Positions 52,845 through 64,000 of a stretch of 64,000 nt of DNA are shown in pieces (within the stretch, counting starts at the first letter, position 1; every line of letters starts with the position of its first letter). The stretch is from Chrysomallon squamiferum (taxonomy: Eukaryota > Animalia > Mollusca): the NCBI GenBank assembly GCA_012295275.1, contig CM022670.1, positions 39,122,001 to 39,186,000 of the forward strand, written 5' to 3'. The notes under the pieces are model-generated. The model worked only from the letters and a program-made list of their open reading frames with translations. It ran no database searches and was not told the DNA's origin. The translations under genes and the position numbers were made by a program.

Positions 52845-54723
52845 CTACAAAAATAAGTCATTGCTTTTTGTTAGCCTTTCTTTGTCTTTCTGGTCAAGTC
52901 TGCCTTGCTCGATGGTGGCAAATGTAGGTACTCCGTGTGGTATCTCAAGCAGCAGCAACTCTTCATCCAGAATTCTATCAGCTTCAGCTGCAACATGAAA
53001 ATGTAAATCAGAGTTCTTTGTATTCTGATCTTTGTGAATAATTATCTTTTATTTCCTTTTAAATTTATCATTTTCATGTTTATTTAATGTGTTGATTTAA
53101 AAATGTTCTGTTTTGTTTATTTAATATGTTGCTTTATCATTGTTCAGTTATTTAATAGGTTGATTTATCATTTTCATTTTTATTTAGTATGTTGAAAAGA
53201 AACTCAAATTTAACAAAATTAATTAATAGGATGGGGCATTTTTTATGGGGGGGCAGCTTCAAACTACAACTACAGAAGTCTAAAATTTAGTTTGAACCTT
53301 TAATCAGAAACAGATATTAGGGTGCATAATTATAATGAATATTATCTGTGATTCAATTCAAAGTAGTTTATCAATAAAACAATTTAAAGAGAAATTAAAA
53401 CTGATTTACTGTATTTATTGTTTGGTATCTATATGTCAATACTTCAATACTAAGACATGAATTTTACCTCTGATCCTCAACATTTTCCTGCCATAAGCCA
53501 TGTCATACTGGTAAGCCAGAATAAACGTCAAAGGCAGAAGTGGAATTAGAGCAGTTTTTTTACGCCGAGCTCTGTTAAAATGTATAAAACAAATATTTAG
53601 TCTCAAACTCAACTCTGACAATAAACATGTTACACATAAAAATAATAGTTTAGCAATACCTTCTTGGAAAATAATAATAATTACTGGTATAATTCTTTTT
53701 AAATAACATGCATAAATAAAAGTATGAAAGATTTGGATATATAAATAAACTTTCTAATTTGTGAGCTATGTAGCTCACACAGGATAATGGAATTTTTATT
53801 TTATATTATTACTGTTAGCTATAATCTTTTGGTAGTAGTTTTTTTTATTATTATTAAATTAGGACAGATGTATGTGGTTAGTAGTTTAAGGTTTACAAAG
53901 TGTAAGTCTATTTGTCTTACCCTACAACACAGAGGATTGCAGCTAATGAATAGAATGTCCCAAACCACATGAACATGTCACGTGATCGTCCTATTTGCAT
54001 AGCCATCAACTTTTCTCTCATTTGATTCTGCATCTGGATTTGTCGTTCCAGCTATAAAATTTTAAAATTTGTTAAAGTTACTGAAAAATGCATTATTTTT
54101 GGTGTATAATAATAAAATAGATAAGAAAACAAAGATCATGATATCAAGGCACCCCATCCTTGACATGAGTATATTGCTCATGGAATGATAAAAAAAGATA
54201 ATAATAATAATAAAAAAATAATGACTAATTTTATGTTAAAATATTGAATTAATGAATATGTAAACAGCATTTACTTCTGCTAACATAAATAGAGTTATTT
54301 TAGAGTGTAGCATATGTCATTTTAATTCAGAACAATTGTGATTCCTAAGCTAGCTAAAATATGCAAACAAATTGAAAACTCAGAATATTGCTGACCACCA
54401 ACACAAGTGTCAACAATTCTCAAAATATCAAATCTTGCACTGGACAGTGATTTCAGTTCAGATCTGAAACCATTACATTTTCTTAAATGTCAGGGTTTTA
54501 TTTATTTATTTTAATTATTATAATTAATTTTTTAAATACACAATTTATTGTTAATAATAATGAGAACATCTTACAGCAATTACTTTGACATAAATGAGCT
54601 GTGGTATTATTACATATTTTAGAGAGACAAACTGCAACCCACCTGAAGCGCCTGAGTTTGGATCATGAAATCTTGTTGCTTTTTCATGTTTTCATCCATT
54701 GCTTTTCCAATTATACTCCCCAT
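52845..54723 (-). CDS. PLGRKT: Plasminogen receptor (KT)-like membrane protein, copy 1, 152 aa, 4 coding exons
   Basis: Exons 54723-54643, 54051-53921, 53571-53468, 52987-52845. Translation MGSIIGKAMDENMKKQQDFM...LERQIQMQNQMREKLMAMQIGRSRDMFMWFGTFY...LIPLLPLTFILAYQYDMAYG...EADRILDEE...IPHGVPTFATIEQGR...NDLFL, colinear with remembered human PLGRKT. Confidence 0.92.
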
Positions 54724-57305
54724 TATTGTGTTGTAATCCTAATCAGTGCTTGTCTAAATAGTTATACTGAAGAAAAAAAATATCATTTGTTATAACTGGA
54801 CAGTGAATTAATATACAGCCAGTTCGTTATAGAACATAAGAAGAAATTTAGAAGATTAAAAATTGTTTTTTAGATAATGTTTATTAAAACATTTCCCACT
54901 GCTCCCTCAAAATATAATGCTAAATCTTACCTTGACTATAATCCTGATTTGTACTCGTTAATCAAATCATAAGTAATAATTAAATGTTATGAAATGTTTA
55001 AATATTTATCTAATTATTAAAACTGTTTGCAATATAAACCCTGTAAGAATAACAGTTTGAAGCGTCAATATCTCAATGGTCTTTATGATCTTTGAATGAT
55101 AAATACTAAAATAGTTATGAATTTTTGATAAGCAATGAAACAGTTTATATGTATTTTATATCCATTTTTTCCCCGTAAATATGATGACAAAACAGTAATC
55201 AGGAATCGTGGCAAGAACGAAACAAAACTGAATCATACATGATAGTATACATAATACAGGACTGAACCTGTGGATTATGTGGAAACATTAACAAAAACCT
55301 TGCGTGTCATATTTTATAAAACGATATACTGAATACAATTAAAAAGCAATACAAAAAATACATTTTAGAAATAAAATGTGTGAATGACATAAGCTTGCAA
55401 GTGTAGGGTTTGCTACAGATTATTAACTCACGTAATCACGGTAATGTTGTTCTATTGAATAAAAAGAAGAAGAGAGAGTTATCTTCTCTTGGTATCGATT
55501 AGTTTAGAAAGTTTCTCCTTGACCTTAGCAAGTGCGGTTTTATTTTACTCTTCAAAGTGAGAGATGAGATTTTCTTTATAATAATTTGATGTCTAATGTT
55601 TTCTACTTCTTCTTCTTGCTTAATTTTCTTGGAATTTAATTTGATAATGCCTGTCATTTTTTTTTTAAATATTTTTCTATTTGTAAATTCGTTCAATGTA
55701 ATGGAAATAAAATAAACATTAATTATTCTGAACAGCTATATTATATATATATACAAATAAAGATTTATATATTCGCTATATTCCATCTTAGTAAACGTAG
55801 AGAGATATAATATTGTAATGTGTCAGATTATTAATTGTAGTGAAGTTGACTATCTTTTATTCGCTTTTCTGTAACTTCTCTTTTATTATTATTGTATTCT
55901 ATAAATGTTGTTTTGCTGTTTGATATAAATTCAACACAAACAATATTTAAAAAACAACATTTCTTTTATTTACAAATATATCATGATTTTCAAAGGGCAT
56001 CAATCATGTTTTAGAATAACAAATTATATACAATAACATAACATTACCCCTTGATATAAACCTGCTAACTGTGAGTTATTTCATTAATACAACAACAGAA
56101 AAACAAAAACAAACTGATGAACGAACGAACAAAACAAACAAAAATAATAATAAAATAAAGTAAACAGAAGAAAAATATCTGTCACATAAAAGGCTTATAA
56201 TCATTACATGATCACTTTGATACATTTTTAGTCGGATAATTGCTAATTAGTCACTTTCAAAATTCAACAATCACTAACACATGCAGTGTTAGCTTCTCTT
56301 AACTTATGAAACTGATATTAAATATTTTCATTAAAACAAAATAAAAGCTAAGCATTATCAAAAAATTTCTCTCATTAAAATATCTTTTAAAAATAATAGT
56401 AATTAATTAAATAAAATTAAAAAGTTGCATCGTAACAAGGAATTTTCCTCTAAAAATACGAAAACAATATGTCGACCTAATTCTTATCTCAGATATTATC
56501 ATATACTTTATGGCATTGAGTGTTAATTCTGTCGGAACATTTTTCTTTCTCCGATCGACAAGATCTCAAAGTGCTGTAGGCCAAATGTGTGTGGTTGTTT
56601 GTGGGTTTTTTTCGAGTATCAGTTGAGGAAGAAAGTAAAAAATACAAACGTTTCTGAAACCAATGGCAGAAACGTGCAGGAATTTCGTTAGCTGAAATAA
56701 CTGCTGATGGGGATACATGAAAGATGATTTGATGGAATATCCGCAGTAGTAGGAATAATCAGGACGAGCTAGGAAAAAAAAAAATTTTCTGATACGTTCG
56801 GAAATTATCATTTTCGTGCGGTTAATGCGAAATTTTCTGTTATTTCTCCCAAATCATTATTGTCACAACAATTACCGGACTGTATGCTTTTGTTGATTAG
56901 TGTATTTATTTTGTTTTGTGTGTTTATAGATTGAAAAAATGTAAATGCAAATTTAACTATTTTGTCAGTTATGCCATTTGCAAAGTAGCGAAAATACGTA
57001 CATACGCATTTTCCCAAATATTAGACACTACGCAATGCACTTTTACTGACTTCGATGTTGAAAAAATTGATTTGACAATCGGTGATCACAGCATTGTAAT
57101 ACAACCTGACCGTTTGATATCGTATCTTTTTAAAATATTATATGACACTGCCAAATTAGGGAAGCGGATATTCTACATAATGTTGTCCTATCTAAATCGG
57201 ATCGAAAGAGTTTGACTGTATCCCGCATGAAATGATTTTTATGAATACAAATAAATGCTGAAGGGAGAACATTATTTCGGAGTAACATTTAAAAATAAAG
57301 CTATT

Positions 57306-57454
57306 TCAGCAACATTTAAGTTTTTCACAATCAAGATCACGTTTGAATTCAATTCCTTCATCAATATCTTTTAACGTCGGCATTCCGTGCGGCATCTCCA
57401 GTTTGTGTGGTTCATTGTGCAAAATTTCACCAGCATAATCTACAAAATATACAG

Positions 57455-57487
<33 letters not shown>

Positions 57488-57766
57488 CATCATCATCATC
57501 ATCATCATCATAATAATAATAATAATTCATAATAATAATAATAAAATCTGATACACACTCTAATTAATATTAAAATTTGTCGGTTTCAGTTTTGTCAACC
57601 TAAACGTTGTAAGTGTCTATATGTTGTATCTGTATGTGTGTGTGTGAGTGTCTTTGCTATTACGTGCCGAGAGAGAGAGAGAGAAAGAGAGAGAGTCCTA
57701 AAGTGGGAATTTCTTTCAGAATAAATATTTCAGCTGCAGTAGTAAATATTTTATTATTATTATTAT

Positions 57767-57810
<44 letters not shown>

Positions 57811-58137
57811 ATTTAAATTTATTCAAAGTATTCTTACATACACACGTGTGTTTTTATGTATACATATAGACATGCACACACATATATATACATACATACA
57901 CACACACACATACAAACAATATATATACATATACATCCAGTAATTTTGCCTTACCTTTGATTCTTACCATCTTGTTACCATACGCAATGTCGTACTGGTA
58001 ACCAAGGATAAATGTCAGAGGCACAAGAGGAATCAATGCGCCTGGATTGCAGCGACTTCTGAAAATGTGTACAGATATTTTATATATGTCTGTCAGTCTG
58101 TCAGCATGTGTGTGTGTATAAATTATTATAGCTGTAC

Positions 58138-58209
<72 letters not shown>

Positions 58210-58666
58210 GCAAAGAAAATAAAACTGCGTATTTTTTTGTAACATTTGTATTGACATGTTATCTTTAAAGCAACACTGATTTTCAGTAATATTCAAAATA
58301 ATAACACAATTAAATTCCATTGCTGTTGTTTTCCATTTGGTATTTCAGTGAATTAAAGTAACTATAGAGCATTATTACGATTACCTTAAAAGACACGTCA
58401 CGGCAGATACTGCATAGAATGAGCCAAACCAGTTGAAAATGTCTTGAGCTCGACCTATCTGCAGTGCGACGTTCCTTTTTCGCACCTGGTCTTGCAGTTC
58501 AATCTGGCGTTCGAACTAGAATATTTCAAGAGTGAAAATCAAGTTATCAGTTTCCGTATGAAACGTACATTTATTTATGAAATAAAATGTTTGATTCTGT
58601 TTTATGTGTATGTTAAAAAAAATAAACTTTAATTCTACTCTGTTGTGTGTATAAATAAATATATAT

Positions 58667-58744
<78 letters not shown>

Positions 58745-59059
58745 ATTCCACATAAAATACATAAAATAATAATTATGATTATTTTTAGGGCTAAAAAGAA
58801 AACATAAGCAAATATAAAAATAAATTAAAATAAAGCTGTTGTGACATTTGTTAAAACATTTCTTTCTCTACTGTCCAAAAAGCATCACTTTGTATTTCAC
58901 TGAATTTTTAATGTAGTTAGACATCCCGCTACCTCTGTTCTAAAATCTATCAAAAAGTCATATTTTTGTACTTCTCACCATTACGTCCTGCGCTTCTTTT
59001 ACACAAGCTTTTTGTTCCTTCATGCTGTCTTGAAAAGTTTTACCAAACTCGTTTCCCAT
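57306..59059 (-). CDS. PLGRKT: Plasminogen receptor (KT)-like membrane protein, divergent tandem copy 2, 149 aa, 4 coding exons
   Basis: Exons 59059-58979, 58515-58385, 58058-57955, 57439-57306. The first three exon sizes (81/131/104 nt) and phases are identical to copy 1. MGNEFGKTFQDSMKEQK...FERQIELQDQVRKRNVALQIGRAQDIFNWFGSFY...LIPLVPLTFILGYQYDIAYG...LEMPHGMPTLKDIDEG...DCEKLKCC. Confidence 0.88.
58141..58205. repeat. (GA)n microsatellite
   Basis: Directly visible. Also at 58670-58739, with (CT)n at 4694-4738. Confidence 0.9.
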
Positions 59060-59139
59060 GAAGCAAGTATTTTACAAAACCCACGGCATTAACATAATGC
59101 ATTAACGGCATTAGGAAGCGAAGCCAACAGAATAGAACA

Positions 59140-59200
59140 GACGTCAAACGTATATTATGACGTCACAGATTAACTTTATATACACGTGTACCTTCGACGT
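59140..59200. promoter_or_regulatory. CRE/E-box cluster between divergent PLGRKT copy 2 and the FN3 gene
   Basis: TGACGTCA at 59158-59165, additional ACGTC half sites and a CACGTG, about 100 bp upstream of the PLGRKT copy 2 ATG. Confidence 0.4.
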
Positions 59201-59881
59201 CCTCTTATTTATTTAATTTTTCAGTTAAGAAAATAAAGGGCTTAGAAAAGAAGAATAAGGAATTAATAACATATACACGTATGCAAAATGAAACGGAATA
59301 AAATTACGGAAAATGAAAAGTGAAATGACAACCTCTATAAAACTCTTTAGATATAAATAAATAAATAAATAAATAAATAAATATACAATGGTATCCACAG
59401 TTATTATTGCTTTTGAAAGTCTTTCTTATTCTTATTCATTTTATTGTTACTTATTTTATTTTATTTATATAATTTGCATTAGTATTACCAACATGATCAT
59501 TTATTTATTTTGTGTTCAGTGTGAATGCTAGAATTAGTATACGGATTAGAAGCTATTTTATGTTATTGTCATTGTATATAAACTCTGCTGTCGCCGATTC
59601 TTTTGATTTCTAAATAGAGTTATCTCCCCTCGAGGTTAGCTGAGGCTAAGAGAACAAACATGGCTACATACAAAAACTTGCATTTGTCAACAACCACTTG
59701 TTGGCATCGTTTTTTAAAGTGCGATTTATTTATCTTGCCCTGAGTGAATTCTTTTGCATTTGAACATTTTTATTCATTTGTTCACATACAACATATGCAT
59801 GTGATTCATCTGTAAACCCGAGTTTTTACTTCTTCTGTTAACTGGAATACACTCGTACCGTCGGGGTGAGAATCTTCGAAG

Positions 59882-62400
59882 ATGATCCAGTGCAAGCAGT
59901 GGTTCTGTCTTTTTCAGATAATTAGTAAGATCCATTGAATTTTTTTTTATTTTTTTTTTTTTTTTTTGATAATAATAACAACACTGGAATAGTACATTCT
60001 CTGTATAAAAAGAAGCTAATCACATTTCCGAATGAATGAAGAATTCGGCCATTTTTATATTTTATGAAGTCTTTAGACTTTTCTCTTTAGTTACTTCACA
60101 AATATAATGATATAAAAAATTATATTAAATGTATGTCGCTGTATTTTTTATTTTGATAAGTATGTGCTTAATGTATAATGCATGTTTAAAATTATATATG
60201 TATTGTATAACAAAAGTGTTGAGTAGTGGAGAAGGGAGTAGACTAACTTGCGAATGGAATCTTGGCCTGATTGTTGGTAGATTACAAGATCAGTGCTTCA
60301 TTTAGAATGTTTTCTGTTCAAACTAATGCATAACAACATTATATGAAAGTTTATGGTGTGCGTTTTCCAAAATAATATTCCTCAGTGCTAATTTCATATA
60401 ATAATTAAATAAATAAATAAATAAATAAATAAAATTTTTAAACAAATTAATAAAATTCAAAAAAAAATAAATAAATAAATAAATAAAATAAAATAGAAAC
60501 CAGAAAATAAAAGTTTGGAATTTTAAATCAGTGAATTAATTAATATATTACTAACAGATTATAAGAGGTTCATATAATTCAATTTATTGCATTAAACATA
60601 TGAGAAATAAATAATAATGCTGAAGACATTTAGTTGGAAATGATTAATGCATGATATTATATTTTTGTTTTTAAAAGAAAAAAAAAAGTACCATTTAACA
60701 AATAGTAATAATATTTATTGTAATACTCTTTATTCTATTTTATTTGTAATATTTGCATTAGTATTACTAACATGGTAATATATTTTTGTCATGTTCAGTG
60801 TAAATGCTAGACTGAACAGTCTGTAAAAGCTATTTTATATTACTATTAATTAATTAGTATTTTTATTTTACAGATATTTCATTTTGGATTTGTGTCAATG
60901 CCACAAATCCCACAATGCATTTAAAGATTGAGAAGATTTGTAACAACTGGGCTATATTGTCATGGCGACCGGCAATCACTGACCACAGACCATTTACTGA
61001 ATGCAATGTCATTTATCGGCCAGTGTTTTCCAAAAAAACTAAAACCACCTCAGTGCTTCCTGACTACGAGAGAAACATTAAACTTGTCAACCTGTTGAAT
61101 AATTTATATTATATATGTTTTTTGGACTGCGAAGGCTCAAGATCAAATAATGTTACATTCCAAACAGGTGTGTTTGAATATTAATTAATATTAAAATTTT
61201 ATTTCATTTAAAAAATTAAGTACATGAATAATTATGGCATTTTATCATATCAGTTATTTTCTTAATTGCAAAGTCAGTATTTTAAAAATAAAATGAAAGA
61301 TGAAACAAAAAAAGAAAAAACTTTAAATATATGTTATTCGTATTCATCATTCTGACATATAATTCCAGATCAGATGATGTTTTGTTAAAGTGTTCCTGTG
61401 GAATAGTCGAAATAATGGCTTAACTACATTGTCTATACTTCTGTTTATTTAGTCTAGTTTCTTCCGTTAATCTCATAAAAGTGTAAATACCAGTTAAATA
61501 TTTATCTTAATGTCACACTTACATTATTACAAATAACTGATTTCTTTTATTACTTATAAATATATCACAAGGGGAAATGTTTTTGTCATGAGAATAACTT
61601 ACAATTGACAATGTAGTAATCTGATTTTGTGTGAAATAAATGTTAGTTACACAAAAAGTAAAAAAAATAAGATTACAGCATAATTGTCTTGGATATTAAT
61701 TTCATTATCAAAAACATAGTTCCTTACATATTTTAAAAATGACTACATGGTGTTTTAATACTTGAAAAGAATAGTAATAAAAAGTTTACATTTTTTTCTT
61801 TGTTAGGAGCAGCCTGTTCTGATTCGTTTAGTGGGGATTTAATACCAAACAATTTCACAGACGATGAAATACACAGCACGCCAACCATCTTGGAAGATTC
61901 CAGCATTACACAGTCAACGATTGACATGATTCTAGGAATTGTGTTTGGCTTACTTGGGACAAGCATTGTGTTAGCCGCAGCTTATTATTTCTGGGAAAAT
62001 TACAGGAGAAGACAAAGAATTTTACGTCTTTTTAGGTAAGATTGAAATTATGTGTGCATGTTTTTTTTTTTTTTTTATATAAATTATTTTCACCCTTTGA
62101 AGCAATGGTTTAATTTAATTGTTTGGATTTTCACAGTTCTTATTTAACTTGTTTTTGTGTTTGCATTTTATTAAATAATGACAACCAATAAATTTTAGAC
62201 TTAGAGAATATATCTGTATGATCTATAGTTACAATCTTTGTAGGTGGTGAACCATAATGATAAATAAATACTAAATAAATTGATGAAACTAATATTAATA
62301 TTTTAATTTTTTTTAATTTTTAATTTTCAGACAACCACATATAGATCCATTTGAATCTCTTCAAAACAACATGGAAGAGTCTTCTATTGTACAGCTCTGA
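59882..62400 (+). CDS. Uncharacterised type I membrane protein with one fibronectin type III-like domain, about 211 aa, 4 exons
   Basis: Exons 59882-59924, 60874-61167, 61807-62035, 62331-62400 with matching phases. Signal-peptide-like MIQCKQWFCLFQIINISFWICVNA; FN3-like pattern (AILSWRP...NVIYRP...LVNLLNNLYY...SNNVTFQT) on a phase 1-1 exon; acidic Ser/Thr stalk; TM MILGIVFGLLGTSIVLAAAYYFW; basic stop-transfer RRRQR; tail ending SIVQL. Exon 1 is the least certain. Confidence 0.72.
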
Positions 62401-64000
62401 TAGGATTACTGTGACATTTTTAGTTTAATAAGAAGCCATGCTGTATCTCTCCGGATTCATACTTCAGCTGCTGTAACAACTTGTGCTGAAACAGAGATTT
62501 ATGTCTGTTTTTCAAATTTAAGCCTTTTGTCAAAACAGTGATATAAAGATTTTTTGAAATGCATTCATGATTACGATTATAAGTAAATCCTTATTTTGAT
62601 TTATATATAAGTTAAATCTAGTCACAGAATAAAAAAAAAAAAAAAGTCAAAATGTTTAGAAGAAATCCAGTAAGCAGATGTTGTTGATCTGTTTTTTAAA
62701 CTGATGTGACTCAGATAATACTGGTGACTTTAAAAATGTAGCAAAGTCTTTTATCACTGTCTTAGTGTGGACAAACTTACAGATTGCGAGATTCATAACA
62801 CAAGCTGATTTTTGATGTTATGCAAGTTTTCACCATTTCTTGTTTCTTAAAGAAAGCTGCTTACCTCTTAACTTAATTCTGATAAAAACATAACAAAACC
62901 ATGCATGCAGAATGTTGTTCATTATAGTTGTTTATATTTAGCATTCAGGAGCTGCAGTATTTTATGTGGTGTTGCTAAATTTGCTGGTATTTCACCCTTG
63001 CCAAAAAATTTCTTATTTTTTTTGTATATCAAAATAAGAATGTGATGAAATCCTTTCAAGAAGTTAATATATGTAGACCGATTCTTACACTCTTAGATTT
63101 CTTTAAAATTAGATTTTCTGAATCAACTGGCAGGTCCAGATAAGACTTTTGTCTTTTCTCCCTTAAAATTTTAATATTTCTGTCACATTTTGATGAAAAT
63201 TTTGTTTCTCTATACTATATGGTCTTGATTTGTTGTAACTTTTTTTTTTATACTTTCTATCTTGACTGTGGATTTATGATAAGTAAAAATATTGAACATT
63301 GATTTTCTGTTAGCAGTGACAGAAGGACTTTCATCTTTGACAAGATTAGAGGTAAAATCATGTTACATTAATAAATCATTCTTTAGCATGCCAAAACATT
63401 ATTATGCACATGTATATTAAAATAATTTTCTGTTTGTTATTTATATTATCTGTTATGTATTGTGAACTGGCAGAATTTTTTTTTTTTTTTTTTTTTAATA
63501 TTTCTACAGCATATTTGTTTGCAAAAATAAAATGAACATTACTGAAAACTGATCATCCCAACATCATCATCATCATCATCCCAAAACTGAGCTTGCTTCT
63601 TGCCATCTCTGTCTGTATGTGTGAATTTGTACATTTGCAAACAGAAAAACATTTTTTATTAATTTAAACTGCTTTCATTTTTACAATATCTATGAAGCAA
63701 GATTCCTCTGTGTATGTGGAGATATGAATGTTTTTTAATAATGTTTTTCTAGGGTTTTTTTTCTTCTGGGATTTTTTCATGTCTTGCTCTCTTTTTTTTT
63801 TACAGACACAAACACACAAAAAACAAACAAAAAAATACTAAAGTAACTTTAAAACTTGATGGCTTTTCTCTGTACTTGTATACTTAACCGGTATCTTCAT
63901 AAACTTCATTTTTATGTGTACATACAGTTATGTATCTTGAATATTTTAAACTCAAACTGCGTATTGTGAGAACTGAGTTGAATAGATTTTACTGTGTCTA

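Noticed and set aside
57290-57320. TGT TGC TGA at the end of PLGRKT copy 2 as a possible Cys-Cys-Sec selenoprotein tail
   Set aside because: No recognisable SECIS hairpin was seen downstream, the read-through peptide looks like UTR sequence, and the protein length already fits the family.
59660-59743. ATG GCT ACA... as the start of the FN3 gene
   Set aside because: It reaches TGA after 27 codons without a convincing in-phase donor; at most an upstream ORF. The ATG at 59882 splices in frame and gives a signal peptide.

Overview
A very AT-rich, microsatellite-laden animal genomic window, probably a mollusc and possibly a gastropod (inferred from gene content and repeat types). Most ORF-track entries are repeat artefacts; the real genes are intron-split and were assembled by hand from GT-AG junctions with consistent phases. 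Left to right: (1) a possible spliced, apparently non-coding minus-strand transcript at the left edge; (2) an OvoA-type 5-histidylcysteine sulfoxide synthase (ovothiol pathway; + strand, 18 coding exons, 757 aa, probable non-coding first exon about 10 kb upstream) with intact catalytic motifs but a C-terminal SAM-methyltransferase domain that looks degenerate; (3) WDR18 (-); (4) RNF11 (-); (5) a divergent FANCC orthologue (+), head-to-head with RNF11; (6-7) two tandem PLGRKT paralogues (-), neither with the C-terminal Lys, one ending in -CC, sharing a 29-nt downstream element; (8) an uncharacterised single-FN3 type I membrane protein (+). There are also pogo/Tigger-like and other MITE relics, a SINE relic and minisatellites. 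All homology calls rest on remembered family sequences, not database searches.
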